DNA of 63,979 nucleotides, the filler included, from Octopus bimaculoides (taxonomy: Eukaryota), in the NCBI RefSeq assembly GCF_001194135.2. It is 7 parts of 6 records of this genome, joined end to end, with 100 filler letters (N's around TTAATTAATTAA, not from the genome) between each part and the next. Parts side by side here need not be neighbours in the genome. Positions count along the whole stretch, not along the records: positions 1 to 7,343 come from NC_068987.1; positions 7,444 to 31,563 come from NC_069004.1; 5 more parts are not named here. One strand, 5' to 3'. Under the pieces are notes generated by a model. That model saw only the letters and a program-made list of their open reading frames with translations, was not told where the DNA came from and searched no databases. Positions 1 through 13,066 of this stretch are shown here, in pieces; the stretch's first letter is position 1, and each line of letters starts with the position of its first letter. A program made the position numbers and the translations under genes.

Positions 1-34
<34 letters not shown>

Positions 35-1329
35 AATATATGAGTATATGCATATATATGTACATGTATGTATATACGTTCATCCACATGTACATATAGA
101 TACATAACTGGGTACATGACGTGGCAAAAGAACAAGGACAAAAATGGTAAACAAGGTGCAACAAACAAGCAGGCCACATAGAAACATCCCCGTGTATGTA
201 TACACATACACACATATATATATATATACTTACACACACACACATACACACACATAAATAAATACATAGATAGATAGGTATACATATAGTCATAAATGTA
301 TATGGGATACACACACACGCACAGGTGCGCGAGTGTTAAGAGAGTTAAAACAACTCACTAAGCAAATTACAAAAACCATACAGCATATAAGTGTGTGTGT
401 GTGTGTGTGTGTGTATTTGTCTATGTTTATATATGCATGTGTAGGTATATGTTATTGTGTATATGCGTGTGTAAGATTTTGTCTGTGCAGTATCGTTTCT
501 TTGTTTTTGTTTCTTTGTTTGTAGTATCTCTCTGTTCAGCTGATAATAGTATAAACAGTTCTGAAATATCATAGGCAGCCTCTCTCCTCTTACGACATCG
601 CCATCATCACAACGACGGCCGCACCAACAACAGCTAATAGCGCCCAGAAAGAATCAGCCATCTTAACTCCCTATGGCTTTACTTCCACNNNNNNNNNNNN
701 NNNNNNNNNNNNNNNNNNNNNNNNNNNNNNNNNNNNNNNNNNNNNNNNNNNNNNNNNNNNNNNNNNNNNNNNNNNNNNNNNNNNNNNNNNNNNNNNNNNN
801 NNNNNNNNNNNNNNNNNNNNNNNNNNNNNNNNNNNNNNNNNNNNNNNNNNNNNNNNNNNNNNNNNNNNNNNNNNNNNNNNNNNNNNNNNNNNNNNNNNNN
901 NNNNNNNNNNNNNNNNNNNNNNNNNNNNNNNNNNNNNNNNNNNNNNNNNNNNNNNNNNNNNNNNNNNNNNNNNNNNNNNNNNNNNNNNNNNNNNNNNNNN
1001 NNNNNNNNNNNNNNNNNNNNNNNNNNNNNNNNNNNNNNNNNNNNNNNNNNNNNNNNNNNNNNNNNNNNNNNNNNNNNNNNNNNNNNNNNNNNNNNNNNNN
1101 NNNNNNNNNNNNNNNNNNNNNNNNNNNNNNNNNNNNNNNNNNNNNNNNNNNNNNNNNNNNNNNNNNNNNNNNNNNNNNNNNNNNNNNNNCACAACCACAA
1201 CCACCACCACAACCACCACCACCACCACCTCCGACATCACTGAGAAGCCATTACCACCACCACCGCCATCACCACCACCACGCCGCGAGCTACGGCACTA
1301 ATAATCTGTAAGGTCAAGAACGAGGACAT

Positions 1330-2100
1330 ATGATACATAGACGTGCATGTGCGTTTGTGACGGGTTTATGCTCGAGTGTGTATATGTGTATATGTATACT
1401 GGTATGTGTGTGTGACTGTATCGCTATGTGTATGTGAAAAATATGCATACATAAACACACACGTACACATAGAGACATACATACTCATACATCACACTTA
1501 GGCATGTTTGTCTATATGTATGTGTGATTATGTATGTGTGTGTGTGTTTACGTGCCGCGTTTCTGATGTACGACCATCAGTATATATTGTGTGAGTGAGT
1601 GTGTTTGTGTGTGTGTGAGAGAGTGTCTCTGCGAGTGTATTTATGAGTGTGTAAATATCTTTCTATATGTGTGTGTGTGTGTGTGTGCATATCTTTTTTA
1701 CTTGTGTAATTGTTTTTCTGTTTGTGTGTGTGTGTGTGTGTGTGTGGATGTGTGTGAATGTATGCGTGAGTTTACCTCTACCTGTGTATATCTGTGTGTA
1801 TGTGTTTGTGTGTGTGTGTGTATGTATGTCTGAGTAGCTATGACTATATGTGTGTGTGTGTGTGTGTATGCGTGTGTGCGTGTGTCTGCATTTGTGTATG
1901 AGTGTGTGTGTATATGTACATGTAGTGATGCGGGTGAGAGTGATTTTGCGGTTGTTAATAGTTCTACATGTGAGAGAGTGTTTGTCCTTGCGTACATGTG
2001 CGTGTATGTACATCTACGTGTGTTACATGTATGTGTCAATAGTTACGTATATGTGTTAGTGTATACTTGCTTGTGTGTGTATGTGTGCGTGTGTGTGTGT

Positions 2101-2151
<51 letters not shown>
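1330..2151. repeat. Degenerate (TG)n/(TA)n microsatellite field
   Basis: Similar fields at 32840-33440, 43470-43650, 50250-50600, 51240-51620 and 57400-58100. Confidence 0.9.
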
Positions 2152-2711
2152 NNNNNNNNNNNNNNNNNNNNNNNNNNNNNNNNNNNNNNNNNNNNNNNNN
2201 NNNNNNNNNNNNNNNNNNNNNNNNNNNNNNNNNNNNNNNNNNNNNNNNNNNNNNNNNNNNNNNNNNNNNNNNNNNNNNNNNNNNNNNNNNNNNNNNNNNN
2301 NNNNNNNNNNNNNNNNNNNNNNNNNNNNNNNNNNNNNNNNNNNNNNNNNNNNNNNNNNNNNNNNNNNNNNNNNNNNNNNNNNNNNNNNNNNNNNNNNNNN
2401 NNNNNNNNNNNNNNNNNNNNNNNNNNNNNNNNNNNNNNNNNNNNNNNNNNNNNNNNNNNNNNNNNNNNNNNNNNNNNNNNNNNNNNNNNNNNNNNNNNNN
2501 NNNNNNNNNNNNNNNNNNNNNNNNNNNNNNNNNNNNNNNNNNNNNNNNNNNNCACCTTGGACATTTGTTTGTGTACGTGTGTATGTGAATAAAATTAGTG
2601 CCGTTGTTTGTCAACAACAACTATCCGTTGTCAACAACAACTATCAGCGGTATATATTTCGTTTGTCACTGTTATTTATGACATCGATCGTGCGTTTGTA
2701 CTACTTTTAGC

Positions 2712-2919
2712 TTTAGGGTTTTAGGGTTAGGGTTCGGGTTTTAGAGTTAGGGTTAGTTTTAGGATTACGGTTAGGGTTATGATTATTTTTGCCATAACCT
2801 CACTCATAACCTTAACCCTAACCCTAAAACTCATAACCCTAACCCTAACCCTAACCCTAGCCCTAACCCCAACCCTAACCCTAACTCTAAAACCCGAACC
2901 CTAACCCTAAAACCCTAAA
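2712..2919. repeat. Inverted telomere-like repeat block (TTAGGG)n...(CCCTAA)n
   Basis: The 44-nt arms 2712-2755 and 2876-2919 are exact reverse complements, including the variant units TTCGGG and TTAGAG. Confidence 0.85.
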
Positions 2920-3433
2920 CCCTTACTAGGGGATAATGACATAATTAAACAGGGAATAACACACTTGACACCGGCAAAAAATTATTGTTTACAAAACAGC
3001 ACTAACAGTATTCAGCTGAATAGACGTCAGTGATTGGTTGAAATTACAGAAATACGACAACATGAAATAACTTGCGATGTACAATTTTTTTTTAAGAAGG
3101 CTAAGAGAAAAAGTTGTTTTATATGACACGTTCTACCAGTGTCCCAAGTTTGAAAGTGTTTCGTTAAGAAAACAAGTGTTGCCCGTCAAACCAAAAAGAT
3201 CCAAAGTTACTAATAGTTACATGTTATCATGATACTTGAACAGGTATATTCATAAAATATGCCATGTATCTTAAAGCAATCTTTCAGGCTCTGTTTATGC
3301 GTTATATATAATTTGTATGTATGTAGTGTGTGTCTATAAATATATTTATGTAAGACTGACAGACGACAGTAAACAACAGACGGGTGTGTAAACAACAGAT
3401 GTATTAGTTTAACGCTCGGGAAGGTGAGAAAGT

Positions 3434-3469
3434 CTTATACGTTTCGAGCCTACGCTCTTCAACAGAATG
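3434..3469 (-). ncRNA. Degenerate hammerhead-like motif (AGAGC..GCUC family)
   Basis: CUGUUGA A GAGC-GUAG-GCUC GAAAC GUA; stem I poorly paired. Confidence 0.4.
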
Positions 3470-4100
3470 GAACACAGAAACAAGCTGAGAGAGAAAATAA
3501 AAAAGGTTTAGTGGCTAGTGATCAATCATGGCGAATGTCGGACAGAGGTGGTCAGACAGGAGAGCTAAGAAGAAGGGGAGATAAAAAAAGTAGCGGTGAT
3601 CCCAAAAAGTGAGTTGCGCGTGAGTGTGTATGTAAGAGCGTGTATGTGCGTGTAGATATATATATAAATGGTTCCAAATACAATTAAACAATGACTTTTA
3701 AACACCAATGATCCCCTTCTTATTGTTAATTATTGCTCCATTTCTTTTCTTCTTTCTTGTATGTATATATGCATATATATATAGATTTATTTATGCCCGT
3801 CCGTCCGTCCGTCCGTCCGTCCGCCTGTCTGTCTTTAAATGTTTGGTGTGTCTGTCCATGTTATAAAGTAAAAATGAAGATATTTTAATTCCGTGTTAGC
3901 ATGATAATGTTCTTGATAAATTTATATTTAGAAGATAATTTGATTCAAACCGCATTGCACCATTAATCGAAATATGCCGACATTAGCAAGAAGCCTCACA
4001 GCATAGGGACGTTTTCAATACGAAACCGGGAAGCCAGCCCTTATGAATCGGTATGACTCAAGAAGTTAACTTTAATAATAATAACAACAACAACAACAGC

Positions 4101-4174
<74 letters not shown>

Positions 4175-4184
4175 TAATAATAAT

Positions 4185-4733
4185 TGCAGTACCAGGCAGT
4201 GGCACCCATGGCTTCTGATCTTAATTGATTGGAAGTGTTATCATGTACATTGTTTTGTCTTGGTATAAAAAGATGGGCTACAGCGAATATTCTGCTTAAT
4301 ACCACAGATTTGCTTGTCACTTGTTTGACCTTAGCCAGTTGAGCATGTCCTTTGGTGGCTGACGATATGTGCATCTCTGATCACAAGCAGAAGTAGTTGG
4401 AGAGCATCATAGCCATGTGTTGAGAGGAATTCTTTGGGGTTTGAATAAATCACCTTTGGAAACATGGGTGTTTTGCTCAACATCCTTAAACAAACCTTAT
4501 TCAGGGACCTTTTGAGTGGGATGGGCTACTTGACCTGAAGAAAATTCTAACTGGGCCCCACCTGTGAGGTCATGCGCTGTTTATCTTGATATGAGATCAC
4601 CATGTTGCGCACATATGGCTGTGATGCATGTGCCTGGTGTAACCTTAACAGACGAGTAGTCATGATGGGTATAATGGGCTTCGTATATTTTACCCCAGTG
4701 TCACTTTGATGGCATGCACTGCTCTCTCACTCA

Positions 4734-4734
<1 letters not shown>
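4185..4734. mobile_element. About 550-bp interspersed element embedded in (AAT)n
   Basis: (AAT)n arrays on both sides; a second, truncated copy at about 40375-40792 also ends in aataat. Confidence 0.7.
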
Positions 4735-4773
<39 letters not shown>

Positions 4774-5212
4774 TTCATGGATGGAATTTATAAATATTTT
4801 AGTGTATCTCTACGCCTAAAGAGATGAACGCATGAACAGAGACCCATCTGATGTCCATGGATATTACAAATTGTATTGTAATTATTACAGGAACGTGGAC
4901 TTTGGTCACAAACTACAAGTGATTTGTGGAAAAACCCGTAACGATACATTAAAATATTAATAAATTCCACGCATGGTTGGAATTCATTATTATTATTATT
5001 ATCGTATTTATTCAACGTTACATTGGCACAGCTCGGTACGATCCCATAAAACTGCTGCTGCAGGTTGGAATCACTAGGGAGTAACCGACATAATAAATTA
5101 GGAGCTTTTATATATGTACTCAAAAACGTTTCCCCTAAACGAACAGAAAGGATATATGTCTATATACACGTACGCACATACGTGTCTATATCTAAACGTA
5201 TATACATATGTG

Positions 5213-5268
<56 letters not shown>

Positions 5269-6163
5269 NNNNNNNNNNNNNNNNNNNNNNNNNNNNNNNN
5301 NNNNNNNNNNNNNNNNNNNNNNNNNNNNNNNNNNNNNNNNNNNNNNNNNNNNNNNNNNNNNNNNNNNNNNNNNNNNNNNNNNNNNNNNNNNNNNNNNNNN
5401 NNNNNNNNNNNNNNNNNNNNNNNNNNNNNNNNNNNNNNNNNNNNNNNNNNNNNNNNNNNNNNNNNNNNNNNNNNNNNNNNNNNNNNNNNNNNNNNNNNNN
5501 NNNNNNNNNNNNNNNNNNNNNNNNNNNNNNNNNNNNNNNNNNNNNNNNNNNNNNNNNNNNNNNNNNNNNNNNNNNNNNNNNNNNNNNNNNNNNNNNNNNN
5601 NNNNNNNNNNNNNNNNNNNNNNNNNNNNNNNNNNNNNNNNNNNNNNNNNNNNNNNNNNNNNNNNNNNNNNNNNNNNNNNNNNNNNNNNNNNNNNNNNNNN
5701 NNNNNNNNNNNNNNNNNNNNNNNNNNNNNNNNNNNNNNNNNNNNNNNNNNNNNNNNNNNNNNNNNNNNNNNNNNNNNNNNNNNNNNNNNNNNNNNNNNNN
5801 NNNNNNNNNNNNNNNNNNNNNNNNNNNNNNNNNNNNNNNNNNNNNNNNNNNNNNNNNNNNNNNNNNNNNNNNNNNNNNNNNNNNNNNNNNNNNNNNNNNN
5901 NNNNNNNNNNNNNNNNNNNNNNNNNNNNNNNNNNNNNNNNNNNNNNNNNNNNNNNNNNNNNNNNNNNNNNNNNNNNNNNNNNNNNNNNNNNNNNNNNNNN
6001 NNNNNNNNNNNNNNNNNNNNNNNNNNNNNNNNNNNNNNNNNNNNNNNNNNNNNNNNNNNNNNNNNNNNNNNNNNNNNNNNNNNNNNNNNNNNNNNNNNNN
6101 NNNNNNNNNNNNNNNNNNNNNNNNNNNNNNNNNNNNNNNNNNNNNNNNNNNNNNNNNNNNNNN

Positions 6164-6195
<32 letters not shown>

Positions 6196-7045
6196 TATAT
6201 GAGTATATGCATATATATGTACATGTATGTACATACCTTCATCTACATGTATGTATAGATGCATATCTGGGTACATGACGTTGCAAAAGAATATGGACAA
6301 AAAGATAAACAAGGTACAAAAAGCACACAGGCCACATAGAGAACATTTCCTTCATCATCTGCCACCATTATAACACTGGCGCTTCGAAGAGTTAGGGCAG
6401 GACGCATCGTTAAAATGGCTCTTCCCACGGACATAAATTAAATTTGTTCCATGGAGGAATGTAGTGGTGGACAGAAAACAAGACAGGAAAACGAAACAGT
6501 GAAATAAATAAACAAAAAAGGCTATACGGCCAGACGTGAAAAAGTATGTGTATATGGAACGCTGTGAAGCAAAGAACTGGAAGGAAACGGGACGAAGAAG
6601 AACGTTTGTGTGTGTTTGGCGAGGCCAAGAATGAAAAGAATTAGTAGCTGGACACATGTGACCAGCGAGGGGTAGGGAGAAAGAGTAGTAGAGGGAGAAA
6701 AAGGGGAGGAAGTAGAATATAAGTGAGCAACGAGAGATAGATAGATAGAATTATGTATATAATTATAATANNNNNNNNNNNNNNNNNNNNNNNNNNNNNN
6801 NNNNNNNNNNNNNNNNNNNNNNNNNNNNNNNNNNNNNNNNNNNNNNNNNNNNNNNNNNNNNNNNNNNNNNNNNNNNNNNNNNNNNNNNNNNNNNNNNNNN
6901 NNNNNNNNNNNNNNNNNNNNNNNNNNNNNNNNNNNNNNNNNNNNNNNNNNNNNNNNNNNNNNNNNNNNNNNNNCTATTTTTATCCGCCCCCCTCTCTCTC
7001 TCTCATGTCTGTGTCTGCCGGTATCCCTCTGTATGCATATATGTA

Positions 7046-7102
<57 letters not shown>

Positions 7103-7343
7103 GTCTCTCTGTTTATCTGTCTTTCTGTCTGTCTATCTATCTGCCTATCTGTCTATCAGTCTGTCTGCCTGCCTGTCTATCAGTCAGTTAGTATGGTCTG
7201 GTCTGTCTTTTCGGGAGGAGTGGCGAGCGAGAAGGCAGGGTGGACTTTAGTGCCTACCTGCACAGCTTGCCACGATTCTCGGCAAGAGAGGCGGAGTGCT
7301 GCGAAGGGGTCATCACGGCGGAGGAGGTGAGGGACGCGATGGC

Positions 7344-7443
7344 NNNNNNNNNNNNNNNNNNNNNNNNNNNNNNNNNNNNNNNNNNNNTTAATTAATTAAN
7401 NNNNNNNNNNNNNNNNNNNNNNNNNNNNNNNNNNNNNNNNNNN
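7344..7443. other. Artificial scaffold-joining spacer (N44-TTAATTAATTAA-N44)
   Basis: Exactly 100 nt with a central palindromic 12-mer carrying stops in all six frames; identical to five other spacers. Confidence 0.95.
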
Positions 7444-8463
7444 GTCACAATCGTAATGTCCGTATTTTTCTGCGTATAAAAAAAAAAAAAAAAAAAAAAA
7501 TATCTTAAATAAAATTTTACAAAAATTTTTGTAAATTTTTTCATAATCATAATCTCAGTATTTTTCCGCATATTTTGAAGGAAAAAATTCTGATAAAAGT
7601 AAAAAATGAAGGAAATGGAGGTGTAATTTAAAGATGCTGATTTTTGCCGATTCGTATATCCCGTAAAGGGGGTTTGTGTCGAAAAAAAGGGTGTATTTTG
7701 GGTGGGGGACGGAAAGGAGTCTTGCCTAATCCTGATGTAGTAGATTAGGGTTACCTCAAGTTCATATTTTCTAGAATTCAGGTATCAAAATTTGGGTAGA
7801 TGTCAACGATAGGTGATGCACATAAGATGGAATTTCTCCATTTTCATGGGGATTTTGCATTTTTTTTTCTCACAGTGCTTTTGGAGATGATCTGGAGCAT
7901 CTTTTGAAGAGAAAAAAATCTTTTTGAAAAATGCTTTTTTTTTTCATGGCACCAGTACTGGTGAGGTCACCAGATAACCAAGAACCTGTAAGACAAGAGC
8001 ACTCAACTGAGTGGGGTATAGTCTTGAGGGATTTGAAAGTAAGACAAAGGTACAGAAGTAGGTGTCATCCAGACCTTGATAAATTCAAAATTCATATAGC
8101 ATTCACCAGCAATTAATCAAAATAATTAAATAGTATATATCATTGTATTACACCCTCTTCTCCATGCCATCATGGGTGATGGTGTTCATCATATTGGTAA
8201 TTTCATAACTGAAGAAGACCTCTACTTCCTAATCGCATGGTTCTGGGTTCAGTCCCGGTGTGGCAGCTTGTGCAAGTGTCTTCTACTATAGTCTCAGGCC
8301 AACCAAAGCTTTGGGGATGGATTTGGTAGAAGGAAAGAAGCCTGTTGTATATATATATATACCAGTGTAAGCACATAAATGTGCAACAACATGGAAAATA
8401 GGGTACTCAAATACCAGAGGTAGAGTAATATGCTTTATTTAAAAGTAGCAGAAATATAACAAA

Positions 8464-8507
8464 AAACTGTTAGTTGGAGTTTCATGTTCCCGTTCATCAG
8501 ACAGTTT
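8464..8507 (-). ncRNA. Hammerhead-like motif, partly degenerate
   Basis: Perfect 7-bp stem I AAACUGU/ACAGUUU; CUGAUGA; ACG-GGAA-CAU; GAAA; stem III mispaired; ends UA. Confidence 0.55.
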
Positions 8508-8751
8508 AGTTTTAGTTTCTAACTAAACTGTCCGATGAACAGGATGTTTCAAAAATTTTACATGGATATGGCTATCATCAATGCCCAAGCATCTACGTCA
8601 TTAAATGTGCCTAAGCATAAAAGTGGCTTTTATCAAAGGGAGAAATCCAGTAGTAAATGGGAAGATTTACACAATGAAACAAGTTTTATCTGACTTTCCT
8701 TCATCATTAGATGAGGTTAAAAATGATAATGATGATGATGATGCTCTACAC

Positions 8752-9091
8752 CAGTGGTTCTCAACCATTTTTTATCTATGGACCCCCTTGATTACTATTT
8801 TATTCTGGTGGACCCCATAGCCATTTGATGCTTAAAAACTAGCTTTATAGAAATTCCTTTCAAAATTCCTATTTTGTTTTTCACACATTCACTTGTGTAG
8901 GTTGAACTACGTAAAATGTTAGAGAAATAAACCAAACTGTTTCTTGCAATACATACATCTAGAGCAAAACTTTTTCAGGGGCCCTTAAAATACTATTTTG
9001 GATCCCTGATGTACTATTTTGTTACATAGACCCCCACCCCAATCTTATATGGACCCTCGGAGGCAAAATGGATCCAGGTTGAGAACCACTG
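8752..9091. mobile_element. hAT (Charlie-like) MITE
   Basis: Perfect TIRs CAGTGGTTCTCAACC/GGTTGAGAACCACTG; imperfect 8-bp flanks ctctacac/ctcaagat. Confidence 0.8.
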
Positions 9092-9596
9092 CTCAAGATA
9101 GCACAGAAGGTGATACTTCAGTTAGCTCTGGATGGAAACAGTGCACTAATTTTTCTCCATTTGTACATTTATTTGACAACAATGTGGAAATCTCAAATGA
9201 TTTTATTGCTCTTTTGTCTTAAATTTTGTAATCTAATCATCATCATCATTTAATCTCCACTTTCCATGCTGGCATGGGTTGGACGGTTTGACTGAAGACT
9301 GGTAAACCGGGAGCTGCACCAGGTTCCAATTTTGATTTGGCATGGTTTCTGTGGCTTGATGCCCTTCCTAACACCAACCATTCCAAGAGTGTAGTGGGTG
9401 ATTTTTATGTGCCATTGGCCATGATTATGATCTCACTTGGCTTGACAGGTCTTCTGAAGCACAGCACATTGTCCAACATTTGAAGGGTGCTTTTTATATG
9501 CCAGTTACACGACACTAGCATCGGCCACAAGTACGATCTCACTTGGCTTGAGAAGAGTGTTAAAATATCATTTTCATAGATTTTGTACTTATTTAA

Positions 9597-9800
9597 CCCT
9601 TCAGCATCCAGATTACTCTGTCAAATGTAATGCTTATTTATTCCCATTGTTTTGAATTAATCATGCAGTGTTTCAATGATATGATTGTTTAATTTTAGAA
9701 TGACATTGTAGGGTAGATGCAAAAAGTCATATCTGGCCAGTCTGAAAATAAATCAGGTAGAATATTTGGGCCAGATATGGTCAGTTTAAATGCTAAAGGG
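9597..9800. mobile_element. piggyBac-like MITE
   Basis: TTAA|CCCTTCAGCAT...ATGCTAAAGGG|TTAA; related copies at about 39531-39752, 24036-24560 and 28502-28590. Confidence 0.75.
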
Positions 9801-11612
9801 TTAAAATGAAAATAAGTGTAAAAATTACTCTTAAGAAAATAAAATAAAAAAAATTATTTTTTTTGCCTATCAGTTCACACATTCATGCAGCATATTTTCT
9901 ACCATTTAAGAGTTAATCAAAGAAATTAAAGAACACAAAATTGTTTCAGAATGACATTTTTATTAGGTGACAATAAATGCAGTTCTTTGGTAAAAATTTG
10001 ATCAAATAGTCAAATGTGAAAAGTAGAATAAGATTAATTTAAATCTTTGGAAACACCAGTTATTTTCCCCTTGACAAAGTGCATATTCATAATTNNNNNN
10101 NNNNNNNNNNNNNNNNNNNNNNNNNNNNNNNNNNNNNNNNNNNNNNNNNNNNNNNNNNNNNNNNNNNNNNNNNNNNNNNNNNNNNNNNNNNNNNNNNNNN
10201 NNNNNNNNNNNNNNNNNNNNNNNNNNNNNNNNNNNNNNNNNNNNNNNNNNNNNNNNNNNNNNNNNNNNNNNNNNNNNNNNNNNNNNNNNNNNNNNNNNNN
10301 NNNNNNNNNNNNNNNNNNNNNNNNNNNNNNNNNNNNNNNNNNNNNNNNNNNNNNNNNNNNNNNNNNNNNNNNNNNNNNNNNNNNNNNNNNNNNNNNNNNN
10401 NNNNNNNNNNNNNNNNNNNNNNNNNNNNNNNNNNNNNNNNNNNNNNNNNNNNNNNNNNNNNNNNNNNNNNNNNNNNNNNNNNNNNNNNNNNNNNTATATA
10501 TATACATATATATATACATATATATATATAAATACACGCACACATGCATGCACACTTACACAATACACAAACATATATATCTCCTGTATGTCTTAGTTGT
10601 TTTGAATGGTGTTCAGTTTGTTATGTCGGAGCATGGCAGTGTAGCAACTATTCTTGTTCCAATGAACAAACAAGCTCAATAATATATCTATGGCAGTGTT
10701 TATAGTACGTTAAAGCTAAACATATCACTTGCTCCTGTCAAAAGATTTCTCTATCAAAACAACCAGAACAGCTGGTTTAGCACCAACAAAAAACAGTTAT
10801 CATCAAAAATTATGGTCCGTTTAAATATTTAATTTATTTCATGAATAACATAATGTTATACGGGGTCCTATTGTACACTTTAAGATAAAATACTAAAGAA
10901 TGAGAAACAGAGAAGAAAAATTAAAACAAAAAAAAAAAAACAGAAATTTAGTACTTGCATAAGCTTTCTAGGTCTTATAATAGTCTAGACTGCTTGTGAT
11001 ATAAATATCATATTGGATAGAACATAAATCCCATAGCAGGTAACATTCCTACATGCTCTATATCCACTATTACACAGCTAAGTGAAGTGAGAGGTAGAGT
11101 CGAGAATTTTGTTGTAGAGACACAAATACTGAAATATTATCTGCAATGAGCAATGGACCCAAGATTTGGGGCTAAAGCATTGTTCACTGCATTACCCAAT
11201 CTACGATTTCAAGTCTAAAGCAGCTAGAAATTTAATGAATCAACTGAATTGAAAAGCTAGTAACAGCAGTAAGCAAATTTCATAATATACAGACATTTCA
11301 AAAGTAAAGAGACACCCCTTATTATATATATAACATAAATAATATATATATATGTACAACCACTGGTTTCATGTTAAGAAATACCTTAACAATTATCAAG
11401 TTTACCACATGAAACATTGGTATTTGCCACCATATTCCATGTGATAGGCTTGATAATTGTTAAGGTATCGCTTAACATAAAAGCAATGGTAGCCTTACTA
11501 CACAAATAAAGTAAGATGGAATATATGAGAATATATTATTGATTACAACAATTGTTTCGACAAATCTAGCATTATGGAACAGTCATTTTAACGAGATTTT
11601 TTTTATTTATTC

Positions 11613-11716
11613 ATCACCCAACAAGATACATCTGCACCACCAGATGTTCCAGAACCAGTTGTTGAGTGTCCCACAAGAGGAGTCGATGCTAGATGTGTCG
11701 AAACAATTGTTGTGAT
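11613..11716 (+). ncRNA. Degenerate hammerhead relic
   Basis: Stem I AUCAC/GUGAU; long stem II; GAAA; palindrome ACAAUUGU. The core reads CCAACAA, four transitions away from CUGAUGA. Confidence 0.45.
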
Positions 11717-11847
11717 TAATGATATATTCTCGTATATTCCATCTTCTGTCTTTCATTTGTTATTTATGTAATGATCACTCTGAAAGTGACCATGCTCTAC
11801 CAGTAAGCTACTAGGTGTAAACCATTTGTATATACATGTATATATAT

Positions 11848-11884
<37 letters not shown>

Positions 11885-11900
11885 CATACATACATATACA

Positions 11901-11934
<34 letters not shown>

Positions 11935-13066
11935 NNNNNNNNNNNNNNNNNNNNNNNNNNNNNNNNNNNNNNNNNNNNNNNNNNNNNNNNNNNNNNNNNN
12001 NNNNNNNNNNNNNNNNNNNNNNNNNNNNNNNNNNNNNNNNNNNNNNNNNNNNNNNNNNNNNNNNNNNNNNNNNNNNNNNNNNNNNNNNNNNNNNNNNNNN
12101 NNNNNNNNNNNNNNNNNNNNNNNNNNNNNNNNNNNNNNNNNNNNNNNNNNNNNNNNNNNNNNNNNNNNNNNNNNNNNNNNNNNNNNNNNNNNNNNNNNNN
12201 NNNNNNNNNNNNNNNNNNNNNNNNNNNNNNNNNNNNNACACACACACACACACACAAACATATACATATATTAATATCAGGAAACTGTAATTAATTACTT
12301 TCATGAAATGAATTCAGAAGGCTGGGGAGAAAAAACAAAAACAAAAAAAAAGTGCACTATTCACTGTAGGTTTGGTGTGCATTTGTATAATACAGTAAAA
12401 CCTTACAAGCAATCCCCACCCTCCCAGGCACCGGGATATTCCATTCAATTTTTATTTTGTTTGTTTTGCTTTGTTGCTTTTGTTTGTAATAATAATAATA
12501 ATAATAATAGTAATAATATTGATAATAATAATGATAATAGTAATAATAGGCAGCCATAAGTAGCAGCGTTGCAGTGAAAGACGTCAAAGTTTGTGAAAGT
12601 GGAACATTTAATGATGTTCCAGTAGAGAAGGTTGGCAATTAAAAAACAAAAAGAAAAAAAAGAAAAAAAAAAGAGAAAAATCTCCAGTGATAATAATTTC
12701 TTACATAGACACAAAGCCAGGAATTCTAGAGAGAAGATGGGAAACATCATCTTCGTTTAACGTCCGCTTTCCATGCTAGCATGGGTTGGACGATTTGACT
12801 GAGTACTGGTGAAACCAGATGGCTACACCAGGCTCCAATCTGATTTGGCAGAGTTTCTACAGATGGATGCCCTTCCTAACGCCAACCACTCAGAGAGTGT
12901 AGTGGGTGCTTTTACGTGTCACCCGCACGAAGGCCAGTCAGGTGACGATTATACAAACCGTAGTTTTTTACTAGGGCTTCATTTTTTATCAACCCACCCC
13001 CACTGCACAGAAGGAAGAAAACTCTGAGTCGAGCTCAGTGTATCGAAACCCTGAAATAAATATTGA

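Noticed and set aside
2712-2919. Ancient telomere-telomere fusion site
   Set aside because: Mirror-identical variant repeats indicate fold-back duplication.
10612-10705. Cys-rich frame CFEWCSVCYVGAWQCSNYSC resembling a vWC/pacifastin repeat
   Set aside because: Cysteine spacing does not fit, and no donor site or partner exon was found.
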